From: Bacilli bacterium
Lineage (GTDB): Bacteria; Bacillota_I; Bacilli_A; RF39; UBA660
Direction: 5' to 3'
Assembly (NCBI GenBank): GCA_017460745.1
Contig: JAFUAL010000045.1
Location: 75,741-139,740, forward strand
Length of the DNA stretch: 64,000 bases
This document shows positions 1 to 11,403 of the stretch, one piece after another. Numbering within the stretch: the first letter of the stretch is position 1; every line of letters starts with the position of its first letter. A program made the translations under genes and the position numbers. The notes under the pieces were generated by a model, which worked only from the letters and a program-made list of their open reading frames with translations, had not been told where the DNA came from and made no database searches.

Positions 1-27
1 TTTATATATTATAATTATATCATAATC

Positions 28-621
28 ATGGGGCAAAGGAGATGTGACATGATTTTAACATATCAAAAAGCATTGCGAAAATATAAAACGACTTTTTATT
101 TTCAAAAGGCATTAAAAAATGGAGAAATTAAAAGAATAGATAGAGGATTGTATTTCAAAAATAATGATGATAAATACAATGAATTAGAATATGTAGTAAA
201 AAAGTTTCCTAATTTGATTTTTACTATGGATAGTGCTTTTTATTATTTAGGAATATTGAAAGAAAAACCAAAGTTTTATCATTTAGCTTCTAACAGAACT
301 TCCATAAGAATTAAGGATACACGTTTTAAAAAAATTATACAGTATTATCAATTAGATAATATTTTTAAAATAGGAAAAACTACTTTAAAAGTGGATAGAA
401 TAAAAATTAATATTTATGATAGAGAAAGATTATTAATAGAATTAATACGTAATAGAAATAAAGTAGATAAAAAAATATATGATGAAGTAATTACTTATTA
501 TATTAATAATAAAAATATAATAAATGAAAAGAAATTAACTAGATATATTAAGAAATTTAAAGTAAATAAAACTATTATTAAGACTATAAATAATAGTTTA
601 AATGTTACAATTAGTGTTTGA
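28..621 (+). CDS. AbiEi-like (type IV TA antitoxin) winged-HTH protein
   Basis: RIDRGLY N-terminal motif and IYDRERLLIELIRNR C-terminal motif resemble AbiEi antitoxins; no toxin gene seen downstream. Confidence 0.6.
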   Translation: MGQRRCDMILTYQKALRKYKTTFYFQKALKNGEIKRIDRGLYFKNNDDKYNELEYVVKKFPNLIFTMDSAFYYLGILKEKPKFYHLASNRTSIRIKDTRFKKIIQYYQLDNIFKIGKTTLKVDRIKINIYDRERLLIELIRNRNKVDKKIYDEVITYYINNKNIINEKKLTRYIKKFKVNKTIIKTINNSLNVTISV

Positions 622-696
622 CATTTATTTGTCAAATAACTTTTTTTTTAGACAATAATATTCTATAATGTATATAGAATAGAGGATAGATGAAAG

Positions 697-1314
697 ATGA
701 ATGAAAGTCAATTTAAAAATATATGTAATTTATCAACTAATTTTTTTCAAATATTAAAAGATGAATATAATATTTATTTATCAGATAGAAAAAAAGAGTT
801 TATTGATAATTTAAATATTTTTAAATTTTATAAAGTAATTAATGACTCTAAGATGCCAAATATCTTTTTTTTAGGTGGTACTTATTATTTAAATTCCTAT
901 TATGATTTAAGTAATATTGAATCTTTTATACCTTTTCTATGTTTTTCATCTATTGTCAGTAATATTAATCCTTTAAAAATAGGATTAATTGAAGAAGAAA
1001 TAGTATATTTAAATAATAAATATAATTTAGATATAAAAACAAATTTTCCAGACGAATTAGAAGTTGCAAGTATTGTATCTCAATCTATTTTAAATAATAT
1101 TCCTTTTAAAGTTATTTTTAAAGATAGTGATAGTGATATTGTAAATTATTTACAAGAAGAAACCAGTAGTGATATTGCAATATGTTATTATAGCGTTTCA
1201 AAACAAATGAAAAATATGAGAAAAGTTGATGATTATTTTAATGTTAATAAAAGATTAGATTATTCAAATATATGTGACTATTTATATGACTTTATTGGTC
1301 GTAAAGTAAAATAA
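697..1314 (+). CDS. hypothetical protein
   Basis: 205-aa ORF with AGGA upstream; no motif recognised. Confidence 0.5.
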   Translation: MNESQFKNICNLSTNFFQILKDEYNIYLSDRKKEFIDNLNIFKFYKVINDSKMPNIFFLGGTYYLNSYYDLSNIESFIPFLCFSSIVSNINPLKIGLIEEEIVYLNNKYNLDIKTNFPDELEVASIVSQSILNNIPFKVIFKDSDSDIVNYLQEETSSDIAICYYSVSKQMKNMRKVDDYFNVNKRLDYSNICDYLYDFIGRKVK

Positions 1315-1488
1315 TTTATATAGTTTTGAACTAAAAAGTGAAGAATATAATATTTATTTTGAAATATACAGATTAAAATAAATGTATTTTTTTATGTGTT
1401 ATGTTAATTTTATTGAATTGTAAAAAAGAGTATGTTATACTTACACCATGAAAGTGGAAGTATAACTTTTACTTTTTGGAGGTAAAAA

Positions 1489-2727
1489 ATGTTAATAGAA
1501 AAATGGAAAAGAGAAAATAATCTTTTTAAATTTGCAACAAAAGAAACAAGTCAAGACTCTTTCTTTTCTTGGGTTATTCAAGGAATTAATTGTAATTATC
1601 CTGATAGAATTGAAAATTATAATTTAGCAAAAGAATTTTTAAAAGAGATATCTCCACAAGGACTTAAAGAAGATATAGATAAAGTATATGAAGTAAAAAT
1701 AATAAGACAGTTTCTAAATATTGATATTCTATTAGTTTTAAATATGAGTAATGGAAAACAAAAATTTTTAATTATAGAAAATAAAACAAGTAGTGGTTTG
1801 AGAAATAATCAAAAGGAGTCTATTTTATACTATACAAAGTTTTTAGATGAAATAAAAAATAAAAGAAGTATGAATATATTTGATAGTTGGGAAATTTATT
1901 GCAATAGTGATAATATAGAAGATAATATATACTCTGTTTTAATAAGAACCAATTTGGAATTAAGAGACGATTTTAATCATGATGAAAATGAAATTAAAAA
2001 ATATTTAATGAAGTTAGATAGAAATTACGATTTTTTAAAAAATGATAATTTCTTTGATCAACATATAAATTTTATTAATAATAAAGAAAAAATAGAAAAA
2101 ATAGTTGAACTATTTAAAAAATACCAAAATACTGATAAATTAATAAAAGATTATTACGATGCATTAGTATTTAATTTAGAAAATGACAGTGTATTAAACA
2201 GTAGTGAAAATAGTATTGAATTTATTAATAAAAATGGAATATTAGAAGAAGATAAAACTCATTTTAGAACAGCTTACATGTGTCTTGCATGTTTTAATAA
2301 TATATTAAAAAATCCAATAAAAATAGATGAAGAAAAGATTAATACTAGAAGTAGTGTAAGAATAGTAGATGTTGATATAAACCCTAATACTGATACTCAA
2401 AGAAGAAAAATCATTGTATTAACGCTAGACTTTAATAATGGTAATGAATTTGGCAACTTTTTTATTCAAGATAATATTTGGCAAGAAAATCAAGAAAAAG
2501 AAAGTACAGATGATATAAGATATGTATATTTATTTACAAAAGAAAATGACTGCTTTAATAATACTTACTATACTTTTAGAGGTTTATTTAGATTTTTAAA
2601 AAGAGTCAATAACATTAAGTATTGGAAGAAATGTAGAATTGGCGAACATGGAAAAATTTCTATTAAAAAAGAAGATATAGAAAAATATATTAAAATTGAA
2701 GAAGATTTAGGTAATGATAATGCTTAA
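1489..2727 (+). CDS. PD-(D/E)xK nuclease family protein
   Basis: KETSQDSFFSW ... IDILLV ... LIIENKT catalytic pattern; GGAGG RBS. Confidence 0.65.
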   Translation: MLIEKWKRENNLFKFATKETSQDSFFSWVIQGINCNYPDRIENYNLAKEFLKEISPQGLKEDIDKVYEVKIIRQFLNIDILLVLNMSNGKQKFLIIENKTSSGLRNNQKESILYYTKFLDEIKNKRSMNIFDSWEIYCNSDNIEDNIYSVLIRTNLELRDDFNHDENEIKKYLMKLDRNYDFLKNDNFFDQHINFINNKEKIEKIVELFKKYQNTDKLIKDYYDALVFNLENDSVLNSSENSIEFINKNGILEEDKTHFRTAYMCLACFNNILKNPIKIDEEKINTRSSVRIVDVDINPNTDTQRRKIIVLTLDFNNGNEFGNFFIQDNIWQENQEKESTDDIRYVYLFTKENDCFNNTYYTFRGLFRFLKRVNNIKYWKKCRIGEHGKISIKKEDIEKYIKIEEDLGNDNA

Positions 2728-2956
2728 AAGTTATATGAAAATGATTTCTTTATTAGAGAGAGATATTAAAAGAAAATACAACAAATCTATTTTCTTTAAG
2801 AAATATTATAAAAATGAAAGAGAAATAATAAATGATTTACTTATGCAACAATATAAAATTCATTATAAAGTAAAATTGTAATTAAAAAAGTATATTAGTG
2901 AATTTAATATACTTTTTTTATTAGATAAAAATAATCAGTTTTGATTATAAATTTAT

Positions 2957-3595
2957 ATGCTAAAATATAGGTTGAAAATTTTGAAAGGAGTGATTAATGT
3001 GAAAATTAAAGATATTTTTAAGGAAGTATTTGTTGGAGTTAATTTAAGTAATTATTCTAAAAATGATGAAACAGAAGAAGTTTATATGTTTAAAAAAGAT
3101 AATATTGTATTCAATTCAATTTTATACAATAATTATGGTTATACAAAATTTAATAAAGAGCCTTATAAGTATTTGCCAAATAAGGACTTAATTAAAGTTA
3201 AAGTTTCAAAAAAAATTAAAGATAAATATTATTTAAGATTTGGAGATGTTGTTATATCAGTAAAGAAACCATACAAAACTTTTAATGATGTAATTGTTAA
3301 GAATAATAAAATAATGGTAAATAACAATTATATAGTCTTAAGAAAAATAGATAGTGATAAATATTACGAACCATATATTTCGATGTATCTTGAATTTGTA
3401 GGAATAGAAAAGTATTTGAAAAACGATGGAAAAAAATTAAATAGCGAATTATCTATTGAGGATATAAAAAACATTGAAATTCCAGATATTTCTAAAAAGA
3501 AGCAAATTAATTTATATTTTACAACACTGTCTTATATAAGAAATATTATAGAATCACAAGAAAGTATTCAAAAAATATTAAGAGAAGATGATTAA
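2957..3595 (+). CDS. type I RM specificity-subunit-like (single TRD) protein
   Basis: KIKDIF..VFVG, LRFGDVVIS, NYIVLR, LSIEDIKNIEIPDI..KQ pattern of HsdS half-domains; no HsdM/HsdR nearby. Confidence 0.5.
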   Translation: MLKYRLKILKGVINVKIKDIFKEVFVGVNLSNYSKNDETEEVYMFKKDNIVFNSILYNNYGYTKFNKEPYKYLPNKDLIKVKVSKKIKDKYYLRFGDVVISVKKPYKTFNDVIVKNNKIMVNNNYIVLRKIDSDKYYEPYISMYLEFVGIEKYLKNDGKKLNSELSIEDIKNIEIPDISKKKQINLYFTTLSYIRNIIESQESIQKILREDD

Positions 3596-3673
3596 TTGTA
3601 ATTAAAATACTAAATTTTTATAAAAAAATATAGGATATATAATATATGAAAAAAATGTATTAAGGGGGCATTT

Positions 3674-4939
3674 ATGATAAATGAAAGTAAAATATTTAAT
3701 AATATTATAGGTTATGATAATATAAAAACAACGTTATTAAGGATTATTGATGTACTAAATAATCAGAAAAAATACAAAAAAATAGGTTCAACAATACCAA
3801 ATGGTTTGCTATTATATGGTCCACCAGGAACTGGTAAAACAAGTATAGCTAAAGAATTTATAAATAATATTAATAGAAAAAAATATATTGTAAGAAAAGT
3901 AAAATCAAATGGAAGATTTATTGACTATATAAATGATATTTTTAAAGAGGCAAAGGAAAATCAACCATCAATTATATTATTAGATGATTTAGACAAATTT
4001 TCAGAAAATGATAATAAAACTAATAATGAGGAATATGTCACTATTCAATCATTGATTGATGATATAAAAAATGAAGATATATTTGTTATTGCAACTGCTA
4101 ACAATATAAATGTGCTTCCATATTCATTAAAGCGAGCAGGAAGATTTGATATTAAAATAGAATTTGGTAATCCAAAAGATGAAGATGCCTTTAAAATATT
4201 TAGTCATTATTTAAAAAATAAAAAAATAGATCAAGATATTAATATTAGAAATCTTTCATATATTTTAACTAATTGTTCTTGCGCTGAACTTGAAAAAGTT
4301 TGCAATCAAGCAGGTATATATGCTGGATATAAAAATAAGGATAGTATTGGAATGGAAGAATTATTAAGAGCAGCATTAGAACTGAAATATAATACAAATA
4401 TAGAAGAAGAAAAAGAAGATAAATATACAATTAGAACAGCTTATCATGAGGGAGGACATATTTTAATAAGAGAAATTTTAGAACCGAATTCTGTATTATT
4501 TGCAACAACTATAAATGTTGAAAGTACTACAAAAGGATTAACTGTGTATAGTAATAATGAAAATTATTCTGATGATATTCAATTTATGAAAAATACAATA
4601 AAATCACTTTTAGCAGGAAAGGCTGCTACAGAAATTGTATATCACACTGCAGATACTGGTTGTAATTCTGATTTGCATAAAGTGTATAATATTGCAAGAG
4701 AAATTGTTGATAATTATTGTGCTTATGGTTTTGATTCTTGGTTTCATTTTTCAAATGAAACATCAGAAAAAGTGAAAGAATCAAAAGATGATAAAGTTAA
4801 TAAATTAATCAGTGATTACTATGTTGAAGTTAAAGAAATATTAATTGAAAATAGAAACAAATTAGATAGAATAGCAACAGAATTAAAAAATAAAAAAATA
4901 CTATTTAAAGATGAAATAGAAAAATTAATTAAGTGTTAA
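3674..4939 (+). CDS. soluble FtsH-like AAA+ ATPase / M41 metallopeptidase
   Basis: Walker A GPPGTGKT, Walker B IILLDD, SRH RAGRFD, TAYHEGGH zinc motif, LLAGKAATE; no N-terminal TM helices. Confidence 0.8.
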   Translation: MINESKIFNNIIGYDNIKTTLLRIIDVLNNQKKYKKIGSTIPNGLLLYGPPGTGKTSIAKEFINNINRKKYIVRKVKSNGRFIDYINDIFKEAKENQPSIILLDDLDKFSENDNKTNNEEYVTIQSLIDDIKNEDIFVIATANNINVLPYSLKRAGRFDIKIEFGNPKDEDAFKIFSHYLKNKKIDQDINIRNLSYILTNCSCAELEKVCNQAGIYAGYKNKDSIGMEELLRAALELKYNTNIEEEKEDKYTIRTAYHEGGHILIREILEPNSVLFATTINVESTTKGLTVYSNNENYSDDIQFMKNTIKSLLAGKAATEIVYHTADTGCNSDLHKVYNIAREIVDNYCAYGFDSWFHFSNETSEKVKESKDDKVNKLISDYYVEVKEILIENRNKLDRIATELKNKKILFKDEIEKLIKC

Positions 4940-5048
4940 AATATATATTTTTTGTATATACATTTTTATTTTTTCTTAATAATAAAATTTTATGTTATAA
5001 TCTAATTATAGATGTGAAAAAATAATTGTATAATTATTAGGAGAAAGT

Positions 5049-6535
5049 ATGAATTTATCAAAATCAAGATATATGTTAGGTTGTAGATATATAAAATTAT
5101 TACGGTTATCGTGTTATAAAAAAAGAACAAGAAGAAATAAATAATGAAATTATTTTAGAAAATGGTAATAAAGTTGGAAATTTGGCCAGACATTTATTTG
5201 GTAATGATTATAATTTTAGTTGATTATAATAAAAATGTAGATTCAATGATAAATGAAACAAATAAACATATTAAAAATGCGCCAAACATAGTATGTGAAG
5301 CTTCATTTAATTATAATGGTAATTTTTGTTCAGTTGATATATTAAAAAATGATAAAGATGGTGTAGAGATATATGAAGTTAAATCATCAACAGAGATTAG
5401 AGGTATTCATATAGATGATATTTCATATCAAACTTGGATATTAAAGAAATGTGGTTTGAAGGTAAAAAAGTCATATATAGCATATGTTAATGATGAGTAT
5501 ATAAAAAATGGAGAATTAAATATAAACAAATATTTTAATATAGAAGATGTATCATCATTAATCAATTTAAAAAAGGTAGAAAAAGAGGTTGAAAAATGAA
5601 AAAGTATAATTAATTCTAATAAAGAACCAAAGATTGATATTTCTCGTGCTTGTAAAAAAAGTAAAAATGTTTCTTATGACTGTCCATTTTTTAAATATTG
5701 TATTAAGAATTTACCAAATCCAAATGTGTTTGATATTGGTTGGAAGACAAAATTTGATAAGAAATTAGAAATGTATTATCAAAATAAAATAACATATGAT
5801 GAAATTTTAAAATCAGGTGGCTTTAATAAGAAAGCTGAAGAACAAATAAAATTTGAATTATATGATTTAGAACCTAAAATAAATAAAAATGTAATAAAAG
5901 AATTTTTAGAATCGTTAACGTATCCTGTATATTTTTTAGATTTTGAGACATATAAAGTTGCAATTCCTACTATTAATGGGACTAAAACTTATCAACAAAT
6001 ATGTTTTCAATATAGTTTGCACTACTATTTAGATAAAAATGAAAAATTATATCATAAAGAATTTTTAAGCAGTGATTATAACGGAAATCCTATGTATGAT
6101 TTATGTAAACAATTATGTGAAGATATTCCTTTAAATTCATGTGTTTTAGTTTATAATGAAAGTTTTGAAAAAACAAGATTAAGAGAAATGGCAGAATTAT
6201 TTCCAGAGTTTAGAAATCATTTATTTAATATAAGAAATAATATCGTTGATTTATGGAAAATTTTTGATAATCATGATTATTATGTTAAAGAAATTGGGTC
6301 AAGGTCATCTATTAAGGTTGTTTTACCAGCATTATTTCCAAATGATCCATCGCTTGATTATCATAACTTGGATCAGATCCATAAAGGAGACGAAGCAAGT
6401 AGTGCATATTTATCGTTAAAAAATCTTTCTAAATTAGAGGAAGAAAAATTGAGAAAAAACATGCTTAAATATTGTGAGTTAGATACTTATGCTATGGTTA
6501 AAATATATGAAAAGTTAAAGGAAAGTGTTAAGTAA
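5049..6535 (+). pseudogene. disrupted DUF2779-family protein (PD-(D/E)xK N-domain + RNase H-like C-domain)
   Basis: Starts MNLSKSRY after an RBS. Frameshift at the A7 run 5118-5124, second frameshift near 5210, in-frame TGA at 5597-5599 (ORFs 5162 and 5726 share a frame). Motifs VDIL..YEVKSST, FLDFET, FQYSLH, YCELDT. Confidence 0.75.
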
Positions 6536-6590
6536 ATTTAATTAATTTAAAAGATGTTTTCAAATAAAAAGGTAAAGAGGTAATAATGTT

Positions 6591-7559
6591 ATGGTAGCTA
6601 AAGATAATAATGTTGAAGAATCAAAAAAAATGAAAAAAATAGCAGAATTTAAATACATACAATGTACGAGAGATTTGAAACTGTATTATATGTGTGAATA
6701 TATTAATGGAAAGTTAGAATTAAGAAAACAAATTCCATTTTTTAAAAACGATTATTGTCATTTTCAATTAGAAGAAAAATCTGGTGAATATATAATAAGA
6801 AGAAGTAAAAAAGGTGCCATACTTGGAAAATGTGAAGATAATGGAGATGGGACAGCGAATATAACAAAGGTGTATATAAGTAATAAGTTTGAAGAAGATG
6901 ATGGTTTTAGTAGTAATCCGTATAATTTGATTGAAAATATTAATGAACTTACTGAAGAATATGTAAATAAATATTTTAAACTTTATTATGATTTAATAGA
7001 ATTTTGTAACGAACAATATAATAGTAATTATTCAAAAGTTACAGCTTTAAAATTTTATTACTTAGTAAGGGAAATGTTTGAAAGCAATGAAATATTTAAA
7101 GATAAATATGTTTTTTCGGAACCTAATTGTTTTATTCTTAACGAAAAAAATGGTATAGAATATGATGCATTAATATTAAGAAAAGGTAAAGAAGACAATA
7201 TTATTAGAGGATTTTATTCTGAAAAAGAAATAATAGCAACAGTTGAATTAAAAGGTGGTGGTTTTATTGCTGCTAAAAAAAATTTAAATAAAAAAATTGC
7301 AAAGTATTTAAAAAGAGAAGCGGTTAGTAATATTCCACACATTTATATTTCTCTTTTTGAGTCATCTGTTAAAAAAAATGGTCATGCGTTCTCAAACTAT
7401 GAAAAAATAATTAAAGGAATACACTCACTTAATGATGAAGGCGTTCCAGTCAAACCACTCATATTATCAACTAAAAACGATAATCAACGTTTCATGGTAT
7501 CTAAAGATTGTTCTGTTGAAGGAATAATAAAATTTATTGAACAAAATGAAAAAATTTAA
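6591..7559 (+). CDS. hypothetical protein, possible PD-(D/E)xK nuclease C-domain
   Basis: EYDALIL ... VELKGGG resembles a D..ExK motif. Confidence 0.4.
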   Translation: MVAKDNNVEESKKMKKIAEFKYIQCTRDLKLYYMCEYINGKLELRKQIPFFKNDYCHFQLEEKSGEYIIRRSKKGAILGKCEDNGDGTANITKVYISNKFEEDDGFSSNPYNLIENINELTEEYVNKYFKLYYDLIEFCNEQYNSNYSKVTALKFYYLVREMFESNEIFKDKYVFSEPNCFILNEKNGIEYDALILRKGKEDNIIRGFYSEKEIIATVELKGGGFIAAKKNLNKKIAKYLKREAVSNIPHIYISLFESSVKKNGHAFSNYEKIIKGIHSLNDEGVPVKPLILSTKNDNQRFMVSKDCSVEGIIKFIEQNEKI

Positions 7560-7595
7560 AAATAAAATTATATTAATTTTAGGAGGTGTTATTGA

Positions 7596-8351
7596 GTGGA
7601 AGTTTTTTCTAAAGAAATAATGCATATTATTATGTCTAACTTATCAAAAGAAAGACATATATTTTGTTCAGAAGCAGATTTTCAGTTTGCGTTAGCCAAT
7701 AAAATTGAACGCTATTTAGAAGAAAAAAAAGTAGAAAAATATAATATATTTCATGAATGGTGTTTTGAAGTACCAGATAAAAAAAATCCTGAAATTTTTT
7801 ATAAAATGTATGTAGATATTTTAGTTGTAATAAATGATAAATATTATCCAATTGAACTAAAATATAAGACAAAAGGCAATATAAAAAAAGATTATAAGTA
7901 TTTAACATATAATGATAATAATGAAATGGAATATGTATTAAAAAATCATGTAGCTTATAATTTAAATTGTTATAGTTATGTTAAAGATATTGACAGATTA
8001 GAACAAATTAAAAAACACATAAGGATGGTTGATTGTTGCTATGCAATAATGTTGACAAATGAACCAATATATTGGATTGGCCCTAAAGAAAAAAGTTCAT
8101 ATCGTGATTTTGTTATTAAGGAATATGAAAATAAATTTGATACCAAAAAATATGCAATTCCTCGAGGAAAATTATTGAGGTGGTATAATAAAAGTGGTAA
8201 TTCAATTAGTGATGGAGAAATTGAATTAGATAATTCATATGAAATGGATTGGAGAGACTATGGAACAAATCTTGATGATAACAGATTTAATATTAAAAAT
8301 AATTTGGAAAATGTTCGTCAATTTAGATATATTATTAGTGAAATAAAATAG
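7596..8351 (+). CDS. PD-(D/E)xK-fold nuclease-like protein
   Basis: SEADFQFALA, VDILVV, PIELKYKT, KDIDRLE; AGGAGG RBS with GTG start. Confidence 0.6.
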   Translation: MEVFSKEIMHIIMSNLSKERHIFCSEADFQFALANKIERYLEEKKVEKYNIFHEWCFEVPDKKNPEIFYKMYVDILVVINDKYYPIELKYKTKGNIKKDYKYLTYNDNNEMEYVLKNHVAYNLNCYSYVKDIDRLEQIKKHIRMVDCCYAIMLTNEPIYWIGPKEKSSYRDFVIKEYENKFDTKKYAIPRGKLLRWYNKSGNSISDGEIELDNSYEMDWRDYGTNLDDNRFNIKNNLENVRQFRYIISEIK

Positions 8352-8430
8352 CATATAATTAATTGTAAAAAAATTGTTATAAAAAATTAGCAAGATAATT
8401 GAATTATATGTTTCAATAATTTAATATAAA

Positions 8431-8485
8431 AAATAGCCTTCTTCTTTATTTCTACTTATACGAGAAATAAAGTCAAGGGCTATTT
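8431..8485. terminator. hairpin between convergent genes
   Basis: AAATAGCC/GGCTATTT outer stem and CTTTATTTCT/AGAAATAAAG inner stem. Confidence 0.55.
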
Positions 8486-8657
8486 ACATTATTTTTTATT
8501 AGTTTTTTTTATTAAATTATAAAGTTTAATACTTTGTTATTTTGTTTATACATTATAAAATACATTTAATAAACAGTACTTTTTAATTTTATAATAGGTC
8601 AAGGAGTAACAATAAAATTAATAAAAAACAAATAATGACAACTATATATTTTTTAAA

Positions 8658-9656
8658 TTATTTAGTATATACTAAATCTTTATAATTTACTTTTTCTTTT
8701 AGTTCTCCTGCATTTATCATAATGTCTTGCAAATGATCAAAAGATTCTTCAGTAAATTCTGTTGTAGCAGGCCAAGTATCAACAGATTTGTATCGTTCTA
8801 TAACAGTTGCCAGATCTGAAATACCTGTATCTGGAAATTCATCTTTAATTACTTCGGCTATTTCCATACTTGTGTGTGAATGAACATAGTCAAGTCCTTT
8901 TTGAATTGCTTTTATAAAATTTTCAATTATATCGGGATTTTCTTCTATATAAGAACTTCTTGCATTATATGCAGTATATGGTACGGTACCACCAAGTTCA
9001 CCAAGACTTGCAACAATAAATCCGTATCCTTCTTGTTCTACAGCTGTTGCATTTGGTTCAAATAGAGAAACAAAGTCTCCTGTTCCACCAATAAATGCCC
9101 CTTGCATAGCAGAAAATGCAACACTTGTATCTAGATTTATATCAGTTTTTGGATTAATTCCATTTTTGGTTAAGATATATTCTAAAGTCATCTCAGGCAT
9201 ACCACCAACACGACCAGCAATATAATTTTTCCCTTTTAGATCTTCTAATTTAAAATTATCAATTTTTTCTCTTGAAACTATAAAACTTCCATCTTTTTGG
9301 GTTAACCCTGCAAATGTTTTTAAGTAATCTTTTTCTCCTTGATTATATACATAAATTGTTGTTTCACTTCCTGAAAAACCAATTTCGACATCATTTGATA
9401 AAACAGCAGCCGTTACTTTATCAGCACCTGGTGTTAGTATAAATTCAACATCTAGTCCATAGTCTTCAAAGAACCCTTTGTGAAGAGAAACATAACTTGG
9501 TGCATAAAAAACACTATGTGCAACTTCAGCAACTCTAATTTTCTTTAAATTAGAATCTTTTTTATTGTTTAATAAAACTCCAAATATAATTACTAAAAGT
9601 ATAATAAATGAAAAAATCACAATTAATTTTTTCTTCATATAAATTTTTTCCTCCAA
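8658..9656 (-). CDS. ABC transporter substrate-binding protein (NMT1/THI5/SsuA-like)
   Basis: N-terminal anchor, AEVAHSVFYAP, GFFEDYGLDVE, LFEPNA motifs. Confidence 0.85.
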   Translation of the reverse strand: MEEKIYMKKKLIVIFSFIILLVIIFGVLLNNKKDSNLKKIRVAEVAHSVFYAPSYVSLHKGFFEDYGLDVEFILTPGADKVTAAVLSNDVEIGFSGSETTIYVYNQGEKDYLKTFAGLTQKDGSFIVSREKIDNFKLEDLKGKNYIAGRVGGMPEMTLEYILTKNGINPKTDINLDTSVAFSAMQGAFIGGTGDFVSLFEPNATAVEQEGYGFIVASLGELGGTVPYTAYNARSSYIEENPDIIENFIKAIQKGLDYVHSHTSMEIAEVIKDEFPDTGISDLATVIERYKSVDTWPATTEFTEESFDHLQDIMINAGELKEKVNYKDLVYTK

Positions 9657-9768
9657 TCAAGATATTATATGATTAATTATGTATTAAGTTATCTAAAAAT
9701 AAAAAAATCACTTTGTTTTTTTGTAATTATTTGTTATACTAAATTTGATTTAATTCAAGGAGGTAATT

Positions 9769-10308
9769 ATGGAATTAAAAGGAAGTAAAACATATGAAAA
9801 TTTACTTGCTGCCTTTGCAGGAGAATCTCAAGCAAGAAATAAATATACATATTTTGCAAGTAAAGCTAAAAAAGATGGTTATGAGCAAATAGCAGCCATA
9901 TTTGAAGAAACAGCAAATCAAGAAAAAGAACATGCTAAAATGTGGTTTAAAGAATTGCATGGTGGAAGTGTTCCTGAAACACTTGATAATTTAAAAGATG
10001 CAGCTGATGGAGAAAATTATGAGTGGACAGATATGTATTCTGAATTTGCAAGAATTGCTGAAGAAGAAGGATTTACAGCGATTGCTAAAAAATTTAGAGG
10101 CGTTGCAGAAATAGAAAAAATGCATGAAGAACGTTATAGAAAGCTAATTAATAACATAGAAGAAGGATTAGTATTTTCAAGAGATGGAGATACAATTTGG
10201 CAATGTAGAAATTGTGGACATATAGTAATTGGAAAAGAAGCTCCAAAGGTATGTCCTGTGTGTGCTCATCCACAAAGTTATTTTGAAATAAAAAAAGAAA
10301 ATTATTAA
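9769..10308 (+). CDS. rbr: rubrerythrin
   Basis: [17 protein letters not shown] and EKMHE di-iron motifs; C-terminal CRNCG...CPVC rubredoxin site. Confidence 0.95.
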   Translation: MELKGSKTYENLLAAFAGESQARNKYTYFASKAKKDGYEQIAAIFEETANQEKEHAKMWFKELHGGSVPETLDNLKDAADGENYEWTDMYSEFARIAEEEGFTAIAKKFRGVAEIEKMHEERYRKLINNIEEGLVFSRDGDTIWQCRNCGHIVIGKEAPKVCPVCAHPQSYFEIKKENY

Positions 10309-10344
10309 TTAATAGAAAGATAGGTTATGTAATATAACTTATTT

Positions 10345-10375
10345 TTTAATAATTTTTTTTAAAAAGCATATAATT
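10345..10375 (+). promoter_or_regulatory. possible sigma-E-type promoter of spoVD
   Basis: TAATAAT...GCATATAAT resembles ATA-n-CATAcaaT; spacing is slightly short and the AT-rich background makes this weak. Confidence 0.25.
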
Positions 10376-10389
10376 TTTTGGTGAATGAT

Positions 10390-11270
10390 ATGTTCAATAA
10401 AAAGATTGATAGTCGAATTAAATTAATTTTAATTTTTTTTATTAGTTTTTTTGTTGTTATTTTATTAAAAGTTGTATATATTGAAATGATAGATTATAAA
10501 AAATTATCAAGTTTAGCAATGGATTTATGGAGTCGTGATTTACCAATTGAAGCAGATAGGGGACTTATTTTGGATAGAAATGGCGTGGTACTTGCTGATA
10601 ATATTACAACAACAAGTTTGGTTTTAGTTCCAAATCAAATTGATAACAAAGAAGAAGTTACTAAAGTTTTAGCAGATATTTTAAATGTTACTTATGAAGA
10701 AATGGAGAGCCATGTTTTTAAAAAAACTTCTATTGAAAGAGTGCATCCTGAGGGTAGAAGATTAAGTTTTGATATAGCCGATAAAATAAATTCTTATAAT
10801 TTTAGAGGAGTATATTTGGTTAAGGAATCTAAAAGATATTATCCATATGGAGAAACTTTGTCTCATGTTCTCGGCTATGTTGGAATAGATAATCAAGGAC
10901 TTGGTGGGATAGAGCTTATGTATGATGAGTATTTAACTGGAGAAAATGGTGCTATTAAATATTTCAGTGATGCTAAAGGTAATAAAATAAATTTAAGTGA
11001 AATTTACTTAGAACCAGCAAGTGGAATGAATATAACTTTAACAATTGATATAAATATTCAAATGTCGGTTGAACGTGAGCTTAATAATGTTGAAAGTACA
11101 TTAAAACCTGATAATTCTCTTGCAATTGTTGTTGATCCTAATACACTTGAAATTCTTGCAATGTCTAGTCGTCCAACTTTTAATCCAAATAATTATAAGT
11201 TATTTTCAACAGAAGTACTAAATAGAAATTTACCAATTTGGATGACATATGAACCAGGAAGTACATTTAA
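10390..11270 (+). CDS. spoVD: SpoVD-type PBP, fragment 1 (TM anchor, dimerisation domain, up to the SxxK motif)
   Basis: WSRDLPIEADRGLILDRNG, RYYPYG, NRNLPIWMTYEPGSTFK match my recollection of B. subtilis SpoVD; homology stops at the Lys codon and NIATIP* follows. Confidence 0.92.
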
Positions 11271-11289
11271 AAACATAGCAACCATACCG
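11251..11289. other. attL of element 1
   Basis: Core AA 11269-11270; arm AACATAGCAACCATACCG (11272-11289) is a 17/18 inverted match to 29290-29307. Confidence 0.9.
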
Positions 11290-11403
11290 TGACCAGTATT
11301 TATAAGGGTTTGAGAATATTAATTTATTCTCTTTTTATTTGATATTATGCTCGTTAATTTTATGAAACACGATAAAATATATTATCACGGAGGATGTGAT
11401 AGT

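Noticed and set aside
5597-5599. TGA recoding (genetic code 4 or selenocysteine)
   Set aside because: The same gene has two frameshifts, other genes end cleanly at TGA, and conserved Trp residues use TGG.
5049-6535. Cas4/CRISPR locus
   Set aside because: No repeat-spacer array or other cas genes are visible in the window; the motifs fit DUF2779 proteins.
11299-11311. TATAAGGGTTT motif also at ~33942 and partly inverted at ~46521
   Set aside because: Short and AT-rich, with no consistent position; cannot be separated from chance.
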